DNA of 64,000 bases from contig OX597821.1 of the NCBI GenBank assembly GCA_951406725.2, positions 104,966,001-105,030,000 of the forward strand, in the 5' to 3' direction. A model generated the notes under the pieces. It was given only the letters and a program-made list of their open reading frames with translations, did not search any database and was not told the DNA's origin. Both the position numbers and the translations under genes were made by a program. Positions within the stretch are counted from its first letter, which is position 1. Every line of letters starts with the position of its first letter. This DNA comes from Octopus vulgaris (taxonomy: Eukaryota). This document shows positions 1 to 13,429 of the stretch, piece after piece.

Positions 1-1020
1 CTATGTTGCCCTCGATCATGTTTTCTCTGGGATTTCACTATTGTACCTTTTTATAACATTCAATGACAAATCTATAATCTTATTCAGAACTACTTCGCGA
101 AAAACCTCAGAAAATTTACTTTCGGGGCAACCATTTAGCTGGGTACACATCAATCAATAATTTATTGAACAAATATCAATTAGTCATTAATAATTTTCAT
201 GTTTGGTTGTTGGCCTTTGTTTTTATGGCGCTAGAGTGTAGATCTCAGAGAGACGGAGAGACACATGGCGTACACTTCACTGAACGACAAATAATTTCGC
301 TCAATCCTGTATCGTAGAAAATTACATCTAAGAAAATGTTGGAATTCTTGTTTAGGTACTTCCAACGTCGATCTAGGGAATAGCATATGAGGAACCCCTC
401 TGCGCTAAGCCTTCTCATATAACAGATCCAGGCTATTTTATCTGTATCCTCGTAGTTGTTTCAACGGATGTCATTTGCTAATTTAACGTCGTTTAAATTC
501 TAGATGTGACCGATAATCCCCTGAATATGGTGCTGAACGCCAGTATGACTGGAACAGTGTTGCATGAATTTCAATGTTACTGTGTCGATAGAAGTATTGT
601 TCATATCGTATTATTTTCCACTGAATGTTAATTAATCTTCGCTTAAGATTCTTTAACTGACACAAGACATATTTTATGTATATGGAACTATTTTGGTTCT
701 CTTCTAAAGAATAAGATAATAATAATTCTATAGCAGTAGACAGCTTTTGATGGTTTTGATATATTTGTATATATATCATATTTCACCTTTGCGAAAAATA
801 TTTACATGCATACGTATATAGAGAGATACATCAGATCCGAAGTCAACAGATGCAATAAATCATTGGAACTATGAAAATCTATAAAATTTTCCAGAAGTTT
901 ATCATTTTAGCATGTCTAGATATACAACTATATGCATTCTTAAAACATTCTAAAAAGACATTCTTAAAACAAAAAGATACAAATCACCATTATACATAGA
1001 TATATAGATACACACATAAT

Positions 1021-1032
1021 ATACATACATAT

Positions 1033-1091
<59 letters not shown>

Positions 1092-1140
1092 CATATATAC
1101 ATATATACATACATATATACATATCTCTCTCTATATATAC

Positions 1141-1183
<43 letters not shown>

Positions 1184-1230
1184 CATATATACATATATAC
1201 ATACATATATACATATCTCTCTCTCTATAT

Positions 1231-1280
<50 letters not shown>

Positions 1281-1292
1281 CATATATACATA
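1021..1292. repeat. Compound (TA)n/(TACA)n microsatellite with a re-duplicated internal block
   Basis: The block ATACATACATATATACATATATACATACATATATACATAT recurs between (TA)n runs. It explains the YIYI ORFs at 950-1376. Confidence 0.9.
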
Positions 1293-2264
1293 CAAAAATA
1301 TCCTGTTCATGTTGTTAAAATTCCAATAAAGGAGCATTGGATCTATGTCAGAAAGGGGTTGTTTTTCTATTGGCAAGAAATCTTGAAATAAAACTGATTA
1401 ATGACATACATAGATATATACATACATACTTAAGTATGTGTTTGTGTGTGTGTGTGTGTGTTTGTTTTAATAAAAGACAGTTTGCGTATACGGGAAACTA
1501 ACGTATTTTGATGTTTAAAACTACATATATGCGATATTATTATTGCGTCCACAGTCATATAGAGCTTCCTAGTTGAATGTTTCATTATGAGAGGCAAAGT
1601 TAGATAATATCCTGCAAATGTTACAGAGAGAACTTGTGAGGAATAAGGATGTTGCCAGATATCGTCGGTCGTGGAATTTTGTATTTGGACTTTTCCAGAT
1701 GCCTCGTGATCAGTAAGGTGAATAGCAATTCTGCAAAGCATACAGCATGAACTTTAGCATCATATAGTTAAGGAAGTTTGCTGTACCAATTCTGGTTCAG
1801 GAGTGCTCCGAAAATTTCGGAAGAGAGGAAAATATTTATTCTGGAACCGGAGGCATGAATTGAATTCTGGAAAATGAACGTACTCAGTTACCCACCTTGC
1901 CAGGTAATGGTAGGTAACGAGAAGAGAAACACGATTAAGTATATCACTGAAGTAGAGCATGGAAGAATTTGAAGTTAAAATGAAACATCGCAATAGGAAT
2001 GACGTAAGTAATCCAATTGATTTTATTTCAATCCTGCCAGTTCACCTCCACGGATTAAAACGGGCAGATAAGTCTTAAGGATGGGTTATTTAAAAACATT
2101 GTTTATGATCTTTCAAAAGACACCCAGGTTGCTTAAGATCATGTGCTTCTGTCTTCATTTGTAAGTTATACTTCTCCATAACTTTTATAGCCTCAATGTT
2201 GGCTTACTTTTATCCGTAATTCCATAATTTTATATATGTATATATATATATATGTGTATATGTT

Positions 2265-2612
2265 CTAGGGCCTCCGTCGGTCATGTCTGACCATGGATGA
2301 TGTCATCCGTCCGTTGAGTTGTCTATTCAGTTTTTGCAACGCCTCATGTGGCTGTACAGACCGATTCGAGCGTGGTTGTTTCGTTTGCAGATGTCACACC
2401 TATACGTTGATTCCGATCTGTTGGCTGTCATTTATTTTCTGCGGGCTCGGTTTTAAGCTGCCGCCACCCTCAAATTTATCTTCGCTGGTTTGCAGTTTTT
2501 TGCGAAGAGTACCTCTGCAACTGGTTCCGTCGGCTGCGAGATCCTCACAAGAATTGGTGTTGATGCCAAGTGCTTTCATATCCCTCCTGCAGAAGTCCCC
2601 GTTTCTCAGCTA
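2265..2612 (-). mobile_element. 3' end of an RTE-clade LINE (decayed)
   Basis: Minus-strand translation gives DFCRRDMKALGINTNSCEDLAADGTSCRGTL and, after a frameshift, YRCDICKRNNHARIGLYSHMRRC (RTE C-terminal zinc-finger-like motif). It ends in the stem-loop GGTCA-GACA-TGACC. Confidence 0.8.
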
Positions 2613-2629
2613 AATATATATACATATAC

Positions 2630-2692
<63 letters not shown>

Positions 2693-2699
<7 letters not shown>

Positions 2700-2975
2700 A
2701 AATACAAAATGGGACAAGAACGCAAAACATCCGGACAATTAGGTGATACAAAAAGGGACAACAAAACATCCAGATAAACAATACAAAAGAAAACGGACGA
2801 GTCATTCGAAGCCTTTTATATTCAGTCAAGACCATGATCATTCTCGCAATTTCCGTTGATTAATCTTGAGATTGCTCCAATCAGGCCAGCCCCAAGGAAA
2901 AACTAAGCTAAAAGCTTTAGATTCCCTGGAAAAAAGCATGGACTGTATACGAAACAAGGACGTTAAGACGGACGA
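2693..2975. mobile_element. Microsatellite-flanked interspersed repeat, possibly a Penelope-like terminal fragment
   Basis: Purine-rich block starting directly after (TG)n, with the same architecture as the other TA/TG-embedded inserts. No intact ribozyme core found. Confidence 0.3.
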
Positions 2976-4217
2976 TGTTACACGAATATAAATGCGAAAA
3001 TAATACAAAAACAATAATAATAATAATAACAAGACGTAACAACAGGCGTCTTTCGACAGGGGACGAATTGAATGCAGCTGGCGTGTTGGGAATTAAGTTT
3101 TACGGCCGAGGGAAGAATATCGATGTGGCAGTGACCGTGGTAGATATGTGTGTGTGTATTCGCATCCATAAATTTATACTTATGCATATACATAAAAATC
3201 TATATGCACGAGCGTAAGTCAATATACGCATATAGTAGATCTGAAATTCACTAATACGTTTGCATCTCTAGTGGCATGAGGCTTGTCTATGTAACTCAGA
3301 TTAGATTTTCTCTTAGTATATACCTATACTAATTTCGATTAATACAAAATTAAAACATATCGTGTATTTACACAAGACGGTATAATCAATTATTTTATCT
3401 CTGTTCGAGGCATTTATAAAAATAGCAAACGAAAATGAAGTGGACCAAATGAAAAAAAACATAGGCAATCGTAAGCGCATTTACAATGAAAATAATTTAT
3501 TTTTGTGAGTTTAATTACATTAAATGTCAACGTATAACTACACAAGACACACTGATAAGATTGTTTATCTACTTTTAATTATCCTTCTTTTATGTTCTGA
3601 CTGTAAATGGTCGGAGAATTGATATTCTATTGAAGAGTGTATTATGTAATATAAGTTGTGTTTACGAAATTACTAGATTATTTGTGAATAATTGTATATA
3701 TAAATAGTTATGGTTTATAGCCCAGAGTTTTTATGAGTTTTGCAATGTAAGAAAATATTATCAATAACTGAAGTATTTTATATTGCAATGTAAGCAAGAA
3801 AATCTCTGTTCCGGATAATAACTGATATATTGGGTTTCGTTAAAAGTTTTAGTCACTACTCATTGAATAATATAAACAAAAAATATATAGCGATAGATAA
3901 ATGTATTTAATAGTACGAAATACATCGTATCTTTGTCGGCGTTTGATTTCCACGGACGTGGTCAAAAAACCAGGTTTGTTTTGAAACCTGTAAGATGTAA
4001 AATATTATTTTCATTTACATTGATAAGATGTCACATATGTAGGCATAATTTCTTAATTGATGCATTAGTTGTTGAAAAATGTAAATTTTGTTGATAAATA
4101 AGGAACTCTGTTTGAATTGATCACACAGAATTTATCGCAGAGATGGACCACAAAGACACAAAGACATACACACACACATATGCGTGTGTAAATACATATG
4201 TATGTATATGTATGTAT

Positions 4218-4574
4218 ATTTAACAATTAAGGTTAAAATCTTTATAAGAAATCTTAACAAGAAATTATCAGGTAGTTAGCGTGAAAAACCTCATAAGAGA
4301 AAAAATCTGAAAATGTTTTCACTTGAAAATATTTCTTTATATTGTATAGAGGGCATTATTACACATAAATGACACACGCTAGGAGAGACTTTCAAAGTCA
4401 TTACTACCAAAAATAAACGAATCGTACCGAATACAGCTCTCGAAGCAAGACATTTAGAAACATAATTTAGTTCCAGATCACCTGTGATTTCGCAATTAAC
4501 GTATTATCTACGCTAACTACCTGATAATTTCTTGTTAAGATTTCTTATTAAAATTTTATCCTTAATTGTTAAAT
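4218..4574. mobile_element. Foldback element with ~65-bp terminal inverted repeats
   Basis: ATTTAACAATTAAGGTTAAAATC...CAGGTAGTTAGCGT (4218-4282) is the near-exact reverse complement of 4510-4574. It starts after a (TATG)n tract. Confidence 0.8.
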
Positions 4575-4621
4575 TTGTTCCGAAGAAACACGTTCCTTAC
4601 CGAAATGCAGTTCGAAAATGC

Positions 4622-4791
4622 CCGCCTTTAGTCGAGCAAATCAACCCCAGTGCTTATTCTTTGTAAGCCTAGTACTTATTCTATCGGTTTTTGCCGAACC
4701 GCTAAGTTACGGGGACATTTAACACACCAGCATCGGTTGTCAAGCGATGATGGGCGGAGGACAAACACAGAAACACAAACACACACAAAAC

Positions 4792-4863
<72 letters not shown>

Positions 4864-5027
4864 CGACAGTCTTCTTCCAGTTTCCTTCTACCAAATCCAC
4901 TGAAAAGGATTTGGTCGGCCCGAGGTTATAGTAGAAGACACTTGCCCAAGGTGCCACGCAGAGGGAGTGGACACGGAACCATATGGTTGGCAAGCAAGCT
5001 ACTTACCACGCAGCCACTCGTATGTCT
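4622..5027 (-). mobile_element. tRNA-derived SINE, family A, with internal (TA)n(TG)n
   Basis: Head GAGTGGCTGCGTGGTAAG...GGTTCCGTGTCCA, body CCTTGGGCAAGTGTCTTCT. Homologous to copies at 27970 and 53011. Confidence 0.85.
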
Positions 5028-5030
5028 GAC

Positions 5031-5475
<445 letters not shown>

Positions 5476-6296
5476 TTTGCCATCGATATATTAATATTTC
5501 TTTAATAAATCTTCCTACATACATTTACATCACTTGATTATTCAACACGAAGTGCATCTTACCATCACATTAAAATGTAGGCTGTTATTGCATCACAGAA
5601 AATGGAAAACATAAATTAAAGTAAATGAAATTTCATAACATTAATGGCTAGAGAAAAACATATATATTGCGTTAGATTCATGAAAACACCCATAAACAAG
5701 TACGTTTCTTCAGTACACTTAGTATTAATGCCTGTAAGATAAGTTTATTGTTTCTGTGAACGAACGCAGAAGCCTAAACGCACACACATGATCGCGTACA
5801 TTTTATGGAATAAAAGATTATAACCAGAAGAATGAACTTCTTTCAAAGAACATTAAAAAAATATCAGAGCCATTTACACATACACAACTACAAAGCTTAC
5901 CACCCCTACGTACATTTCGATTTGTCTGCGAGGTTGTGCGCATATAAGCATGTCTGAGTGTGTGCGTGTGAGAGAGAGAGAGAGAGGGAGAGAGAAAAGA
6001 GAGAAAGATAGAGTGATCACTGGACAGTGTCTTCGTTTCTGTACACATTTATGGGTGTATTTACACACACGCGAAAACATATATGCATAGTTTGATAGAT
6101 AAATAGATGGATTGAGAGGTAGACAGTTATGTTGATAGATGGATGGATAGATATACGTACATGCGTGCTTGAACATATATACGTATATATGTTTCTGCAT
6201 ATAAATATGTATATCTGTATTTGCATGCGTATGTGTGAAAGTGTTTGTATATATATATACATATATCTTTATATATATATACATACATATACATAT

Positions 6297-6343
<47 letters not shown>

Positions 6344-7302
6344 TAAGTGTATCTATGTATATATATACACACACATATCTATATCTATTTATCCATATAT
6401 ATATATATATATATATATATCAACGTATAACATGTGAAATTTTATGTATGGGTGTTTGTTTTTTATGCACTTATGCATTAGGAAGCGGCAGGAAAACGAA
6501 ATAACTAAATATGATATGACGTAAAGGAACAAGAGAACCGGTCTGTATTGAACAATCATAAATGGTAATTTTCATTATATATAAAATAGAAAAAAATCTT
6601 AATTTTTTTTTATTTTTATTCAGACTTTATTCTGCAGTATAAAACGATTTCCTTGTATAAAGCAAAACAAATCATTGACAGAAAAGAAAGAAAATAAAAG
6701 TTAATTACAAATCGAAAAAAAAATATCTCGAAAGACACAACAATATAATCGTCAAAACAAAACCAAGTAATCGCTTAAGAACGCAAACAATAACATCACA
6801 GTTCAAGATAATAGAAAATAGAATTAGATAAATGTAGAATATATATTTAGGAAACAAAAGTGATGTGAAGTGTGCTTTATTTTTCCACATTTCTTCTCTG
6901 TGTGTGTGTGTGTGTCTAAGCCTCACACTTTCACTACATCTCAATCTAACGTTGACTTAGCTCAACAATGCATTAATACATACGTGTATATCTTTCTATG
7001 TAGCTCTCTATCTATATATCTCTTCATGTATCTAATACATTATCTGTCGCATCCTCTCTCTGCCTGATTCTCTGTCTGTCTGTCTGTCTGTCCTTCTCTC
7101 TCTCTCTAAATATATATATACATGTACATATACATACATTAACATAAATGTGTGTAAATGTGTAAATATATGTATATATATATATACATGTATGTGTGTG
7201 TGTAAATATATATATATACATATATGTATATAAATATTAAATATATATATATATATATGCATATGTATACATATATACATATGTGTATAAATATTTATAT
7301 AC

Positions 7303-7342
<40 letters not shown>

Positions 7343-8982
7343 GTAACATAGACATTTGTATGTATTTGTGTATGTAATCTCCGTATCACTCTTTCATAGC
7401 TCTTTTACTTTCTAATTCATTATATTAAAAACAAAAGCTTCCACAAACGTCATCCATTCTTTCCACCTCTTTACCAAATAAATATAATTTCATATGTCAA
7501 TCTCTCTTTCTCTTTTTCGCTCACTTTCTCTATCTCTCACCATTTATTTCACCCTTTCATGTCCTCTCAGTCTCTCTCTGTCTCTCTCACTGCACCTCTT
7601 GACTGTATACTTTCTAATACCTCCTCCTACCTTTCATTTAATCTTTCATATTTGCTTCCATTTCTTTTAACACGTCCCCTCTTCTTTTCATCCACCCACC
7701 TTACATACTCTCACACGATTCTTTTTTCCTACTGTTTCACTACTTACCTCTCCGTGTGCTTCCCACATATATCCCTTCTCGCTCTATCTCACTCGCGACT
7801 GTTCTTTCATCTTAACAAATTAACTCACATATTAAATTTCAATTTCTTTAACTGCTTCAAACACGTACTTACACACACTTCTATCTCATTATGAACAACA
7901 TTTACTATTTCTAAACGGTTATTTATAACGAAAGTAAGGGTCACTGGTGAATAGTAATTTATTTATAAACGTCAATTCTGCTAAATATTCATTTCGTTAT
8001 CGTTTTGTTATAATTCATATTTTAAATATTTTCCCCTTACAAATAGTGTATAAAAAATGTACGAATGATATGATCAGAGATTTATTAAATTCAACGTTTC
8101 CCTAATTTTGCATTGTTATAAACTACATTAGCAGCAAGTCTTAAACATATATTTACGAGGGGGGCATATGTCATATTGATTATCAACCTCCGTCGTTAAA
8201 CTAATCTTACATCACATTTAGGTAATTGGCGTTTAACAGTGAAACTTTCCCGGTTAGAAGCCAGTAATTTAAACTTTCGTTATGTACAATATTGCCTTTA
8301 ATTCGACAGCTACATCGGTGAAAAATAATAATGCAATTCAATTTTATGTAACATTTTATATGTTTGCTATCGTTATATCGATTGTAAATTTAACTAATGT
8401 CAATTTTCGTTGTAAAGAAATTTTAGACATATTGTTCATTATGCACTGTTCTGTATTTGTAAGGATGTTCTATGGTAATATATCATTGACACTTTCCGAA
8501 GAGTATTCGTTTTTCATATGAGTATATGGTATGTCTTTTTCAAGCCGTTGTTTGCGCTTTGTATGCAAACCAGTGATATTATATTACATTTATACCACGT
8601 ATATATTGATACGAAACTCTGCAGTGTATAGATGTAGCGTATACACAGACGAGACAAAACTGCATGTCGATAATATAGGGGTTGTATACACCCCTTACCA
8701 TATATCGTTTACGGATACGCAGAAATTCTGTCCTGAAAGTTATAGACACCGTTTCTCAATTTCGACAATCTGAAGAGAACATCTCTTCAAAATTTAAATG
8801 GAATATTAACGCGACAGGGATACAAGCTTATTTTACCTTTGTTGTTTGACAATGTGCTATCAGCTCGTCTGATTCGTCGATTTAGGTGTAAACAGCGGTC
8901 CGACGTTTTACAGTTTTATGAAACTCTTTTATTTTTCTTTGCTTGTGTAATCGATTTAGTATCCATATTATGAATATATTCG

Positions 8983-9280
8983 TAGGTGCAGACATGGGAT
9001 TGTGGGTAAGAAGTCCTCTTTGCAACTACGCAGTTACGGGTCCAGTCCAACTGTGTAGTATCCTAGAAAAGTGTCTTCTGTTTTAGCGCCGAGTCAACTA
9101 TGAATTTAGTAGTTGAAAACACTACAACTTGTCTTGACTTATTTCCTTCACCCTAGCCTAGCAATTTGTCAAAAGGAGACACAAAAGTAAATACTAGGCT
9201 AGATGTGTTCAACTAAAATCTCGAAGGTGGTGTTCCAGCGTGGCTACTGCCAAATGATTCAAAACAAATAAAAGATAAAG
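8983..9280 (+). mobile_element. Degenerate SINE family A copy
   Basis: GTGGGTAAGAAG...GGGTCCAGTCCAACTG...AAGTGTCTTCT, with tail GGTGTTCCAGCGTGGCT...CAAATGATTCAAAACAAATAAAAGA matching family A. Confidence 0.7.
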
Positions 9281-9820
9281 GGAAACTGCATTCAACGCCA
9301 TCACGTAACATGTGTTCCTATGAAAAATAAATTTAGTCAACAACAATAACGAATGCATTTTCAGATTGGTCACTAAAACTCAGTCATCTCTAGTTCACAC
9401 GGAAGAGAGGAATAGAATCATTGAGTGTGTTATTGGGGAGAATATAATGCTATTGGTTGTAGATCTTTCGTATTACAGCTTAGAGACATTTGTGTCGAGA
9501 AGTTCTGTCTCATACCACCTGGCGGTATGTTTGGTTTACCTTTATATAGATTGGCAGCCACACATATTTTGGTATGATCTGAGGTGAGATTTAAAATGTT
9601 TTTGACGCTGTCAAAATATATTTTCCCTTGTTCCTTAAAGCTTGGAGACCACAAAATAAATTGTTATGCATGTACATTATAACACGAAATTCTACAGTAT
9701 TAATTATACATGGTATCTTAAAATAATTGTACTTCGCTATAATGTCAATACCACAATCCTGTACCTATGTGATAAATATTATACTATTTATAGTACCTGA
9801 ATTCTCAAAACGGTTATCCG

Positions 9821-10290
9821 CTTCCGACCAGAAGAAATACTGTTTCGTCCTAAATCCTTCTCAGTCGGAAGTTAATATATCCTGACTAAATATACTATTT
9901 CATTCTTTTCCTTGAGCGACATTTTAGGTAATATCATACCACAAAGACTATTTCAGTCTGAATTGTACATGTAACATATGATACTTCTTATCCAGTACAG
10001 TGTTATGTCTCTCTCTGTTCCCACTTCGTTTAGTTGTTTCATGTTTTGAGAATGCTGGATATTTTCACGAAATATTTTATCAAGTCTTTGTTTCCCCATT
10101 TGTAGTTTAGATTTTATTTCTTAGAACTTCTCTTCATATTTCCCATTTCCCTCACAACTATCATGGTTTTTTGTGATGTGGTTGAAGCCAGGATACATTC
10201 GTTTGATTTCTCCATGTCTCGTAGCTGTGTTTATAACTTTTTTCCTTATTTTTCCAATTATTCTCTACTAGATATGTGTATGCTCTTACA
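9821..10290 (-). mobile_element. Decayed Penelope-like 3' region ending in a degenerate hammerhead
   Basis: Purine-rich minus strand ending in CUUCCGA-CUGAGAAG...CGAAACAG-loop-CUGG-UCGGAAG (stem I intact, core damaged). Confidence 0.45.
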
Positions 10291-11926
10291 TTGGGTGCCT
10301 CACGCAAAAATGTTGTGATAAGATAATCTGTTTCAGCTGAAATTCAAGCGATATATATTAAATATTCTGCTTATATTTCGGCGTCGCTATGCGCACCAAT
10401 TCAGCATCACCTAGATTAACGATAGTACTACACCTTAATTTTGACGTGATGATAAAATAACCGTTCATCTTAAATGTTCCTCCCTCATTTAGAGCGTTTG
10501 TCTAGTGTAATTCATAAATTTTGAAGTCTCTCCATCCCTGATTCTTTCCAAACACTTATATCTTTTTTTTTATTGTAATTTTTACTTATTTTCCATTGCG
10601 TTCTCTTAATATCTTTTACTGGGTCATTTCCTTTATTTCAATAACACAGCAATCCATGAAACCGTTTAATACTGCCGTGGATAATTTTCGAAATATTTAT
10701 TGATTTTTACCATCTGTGCATAAAACCCGAGACAATATATATGGCTAATTATCCACCCGAAGAAGTATTTAACAAGTTTAACGTATTAGCAACAATTAGA
10801 TGGATGGATGAAGTGACAGAGAGTATTGTTGCAGTTTCCCTCTTCTAATACATATGGTGGGTTTTTTTATATATAAAATTAATTATATAACTTTTATATA
10901 CAATTCCTTCATTTTATCTCCTAATTTGTCTACTTTAATATTTACGAAATATTTCATCATCCTCGTAGAAAATTCCGATGTTCTCTTGGATTTGGCAACG
11001 TAGATTCATATCGTTAGTCTATTATAATTTCAAATTACTTTGAGATACGAGTTAAGTTTTCTCCAAATATTCTCGAATATACGTTTAACTCGAACATATG
11101 GATAAGTTCCGTTCTTCCTATAACGCAGATTAGGGGAAAGAGAATGTCAATTGTGTACGATTTTCAGTGACCAATATATTTGCTGACACTTTGTGCAAAT
11201 AGGAAATTTGAATAATATGCACAGTGGTTGATATTTATCCCATACTCACAGGTATCAGAATAACAAACATAAGACAACAATGACGCATGAACAGCATGTA
11301 TTAACAAAGATCCTTGAGCGAAATTAAATCAAAATAAACCTTAACATATAAAGATGACTGAAACCATAATAATTCTGTAATTTAATATAATCATGAAGTC
11401 AGATCTAAACAACGATATTCAAGTATATTTGTTTATGTATTCAATAAGATATTTCATCAATTGAACATAAAGTGAATGTTTACATCTTTATTTCTTTATC
11501 CACCTCATGTCGTTTCTGTATTTACGTAAATGCAATATACGCAGGCACTCACAGGCACTTACATACATACATATGCATACGTATAAACCCACTCACACAT
11601 ATATAAATTTATCTATATATATACCTGTACATATATATTTGTACATGTCATAAACTTTGTACTGCACAAATATATATATATATATTTTAGAAGAAATGAG
11701 GTACTCAGAAATTCTGATGGTTTTATATTTATAGATATTTATTTGTATATTACATGTTTTTATAGATCATATAAGTTAGATCATGTTTTAGCGCTTTCTC
11801 TCATTCTATTGGGGTTTTCAAACCAAACTAAGTTCCCTTTGTGAAAAGTGTTGACCATTTTATAGTGATATTGAGTTTGTAGTGGTGGGGAGGAATATAT
11901 ATATATATATATATATACATAGACAC

Positions 11927-12002
<76 letters not shown>

Positions 12003-12923
12003 CATTATTTGTAGGATTCATTTGGATCAAGTTATTTTCTCATTAAGGACACCGGGAGATGTGTATATACATACAATAAGTGTGTGTCTCTGTTTGTATG
12101 TATACATGTATGAATAATGTGCAGCAACTCAATTATTATAATGTTATCGAATAGATAATAGAGGATATATAGAATGTACTTAGTCTCAGTTTCATGCCAT
12201 TCGAGCCATACTTATCTAGACGAAAAAATACTCATGTGAACCGCACCAATTTCATAAATGGTAAACGCAGTATGATTTGTGTAAGCAATATTGGCGCACT
12301 GGAATCCTAGTTTAAAGTACAAAGAAGTCTAAAGAGTATCCCTCTCTATCAGATTTGTGCACACTGTCAGTGCTTGTCTTAATATCATTGTCTACTGAAT
12401 GTAGTACTTCATTATATACGAATCTGTTGTTCTAAGATAACGTTCGTTATTTGTTGTGTGAGACAATAGATTGTAGTAGCTCGTGAATATGTACGACTGC
12501 AAATCTCTATCTCACACATTATGAGTGTATGCTGATCAGATAGCAGCGCTACATATAGCTATTGGCACTATGTATTTTTTGTGGCGTTTCGAGCCTTCCT
12601 ATTTCGCAACCAATTTTTAGGTATCAAATTTCACATGCAACAACAAAACAGACGCTAATATCGTTATTATTGAAAATCCGAGGAAGTGAATTCTGAAACT
12701 CGCAAGTGGGATTGACAATTGTACGGAAAGTTAAAATCAAAAGTGATATACACTGAGTTTAGGATGGCGACACTAATATAAAAGCACAAATTAACCTACC
12801 TATCAATGTATCTATTGTATTCCCTATCAGTCTATCGGTGTGTTTGTTTGTTACTCTATGCGTATGAATATTTCTTTGTATATAACAAAATGCATATGTA
12901 TACAAATTCATGCATATATGTGC

Positions 12924-12994
<71 letters not shown>

Positions 12995-12998
<4 letters not shown>

Positions 12999-13192
12999 AT
13001 CCAAACACGAAAGCACAAAAAAACACAACAACGGACGTGGAACAAATATAGTATTATTGGACGCTCAGGAAAGAAGGAGGGTTTAACGTTTCGAGCGGAG
13101 CTCTTCGTCGGCAACATAGGAGAAGGAAAGATCCAGAGAAGGGAAGACAGAGGAAAGAATCGCCAATGGTACACACGCGGTCACATTTTGAA
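12995..13192 (-). mobile_element. Penelope-like terminal-repeat fragment between (TA)n tracts, carrying a minimal hammerhead variant
   Basis: Minus 13081-13115 reads GUUG-CCGACGA-A-GAGC-UCC-GCUC-GAAACGUU-AAAC. A homologous copy lies at 29940-30075. Confidence 0.7.
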
Positions 13193-13241
13193 TATATATA
13201 TATATATACACACAAACTCACACACACAAATACATATATAC

Positions 13242-13309
<68 letters not shown>

Positions 13310-13392
13310 GAAATATTAAAATTACTAAGTCTCTCTAAGCGGACAGCTTTATTCTTATTTTTATAAGAATGCCATATTAGTATGGCGATAAC

Positions 13393-13429
<37 letters not shown>

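Noticed and set aside
220-2170. GC-richer unique stretches (220-620, 1560-2170) as coding exons
   Set aside because: Frames are interrupted by stops and no motif was recognised; possibly old TE debris.
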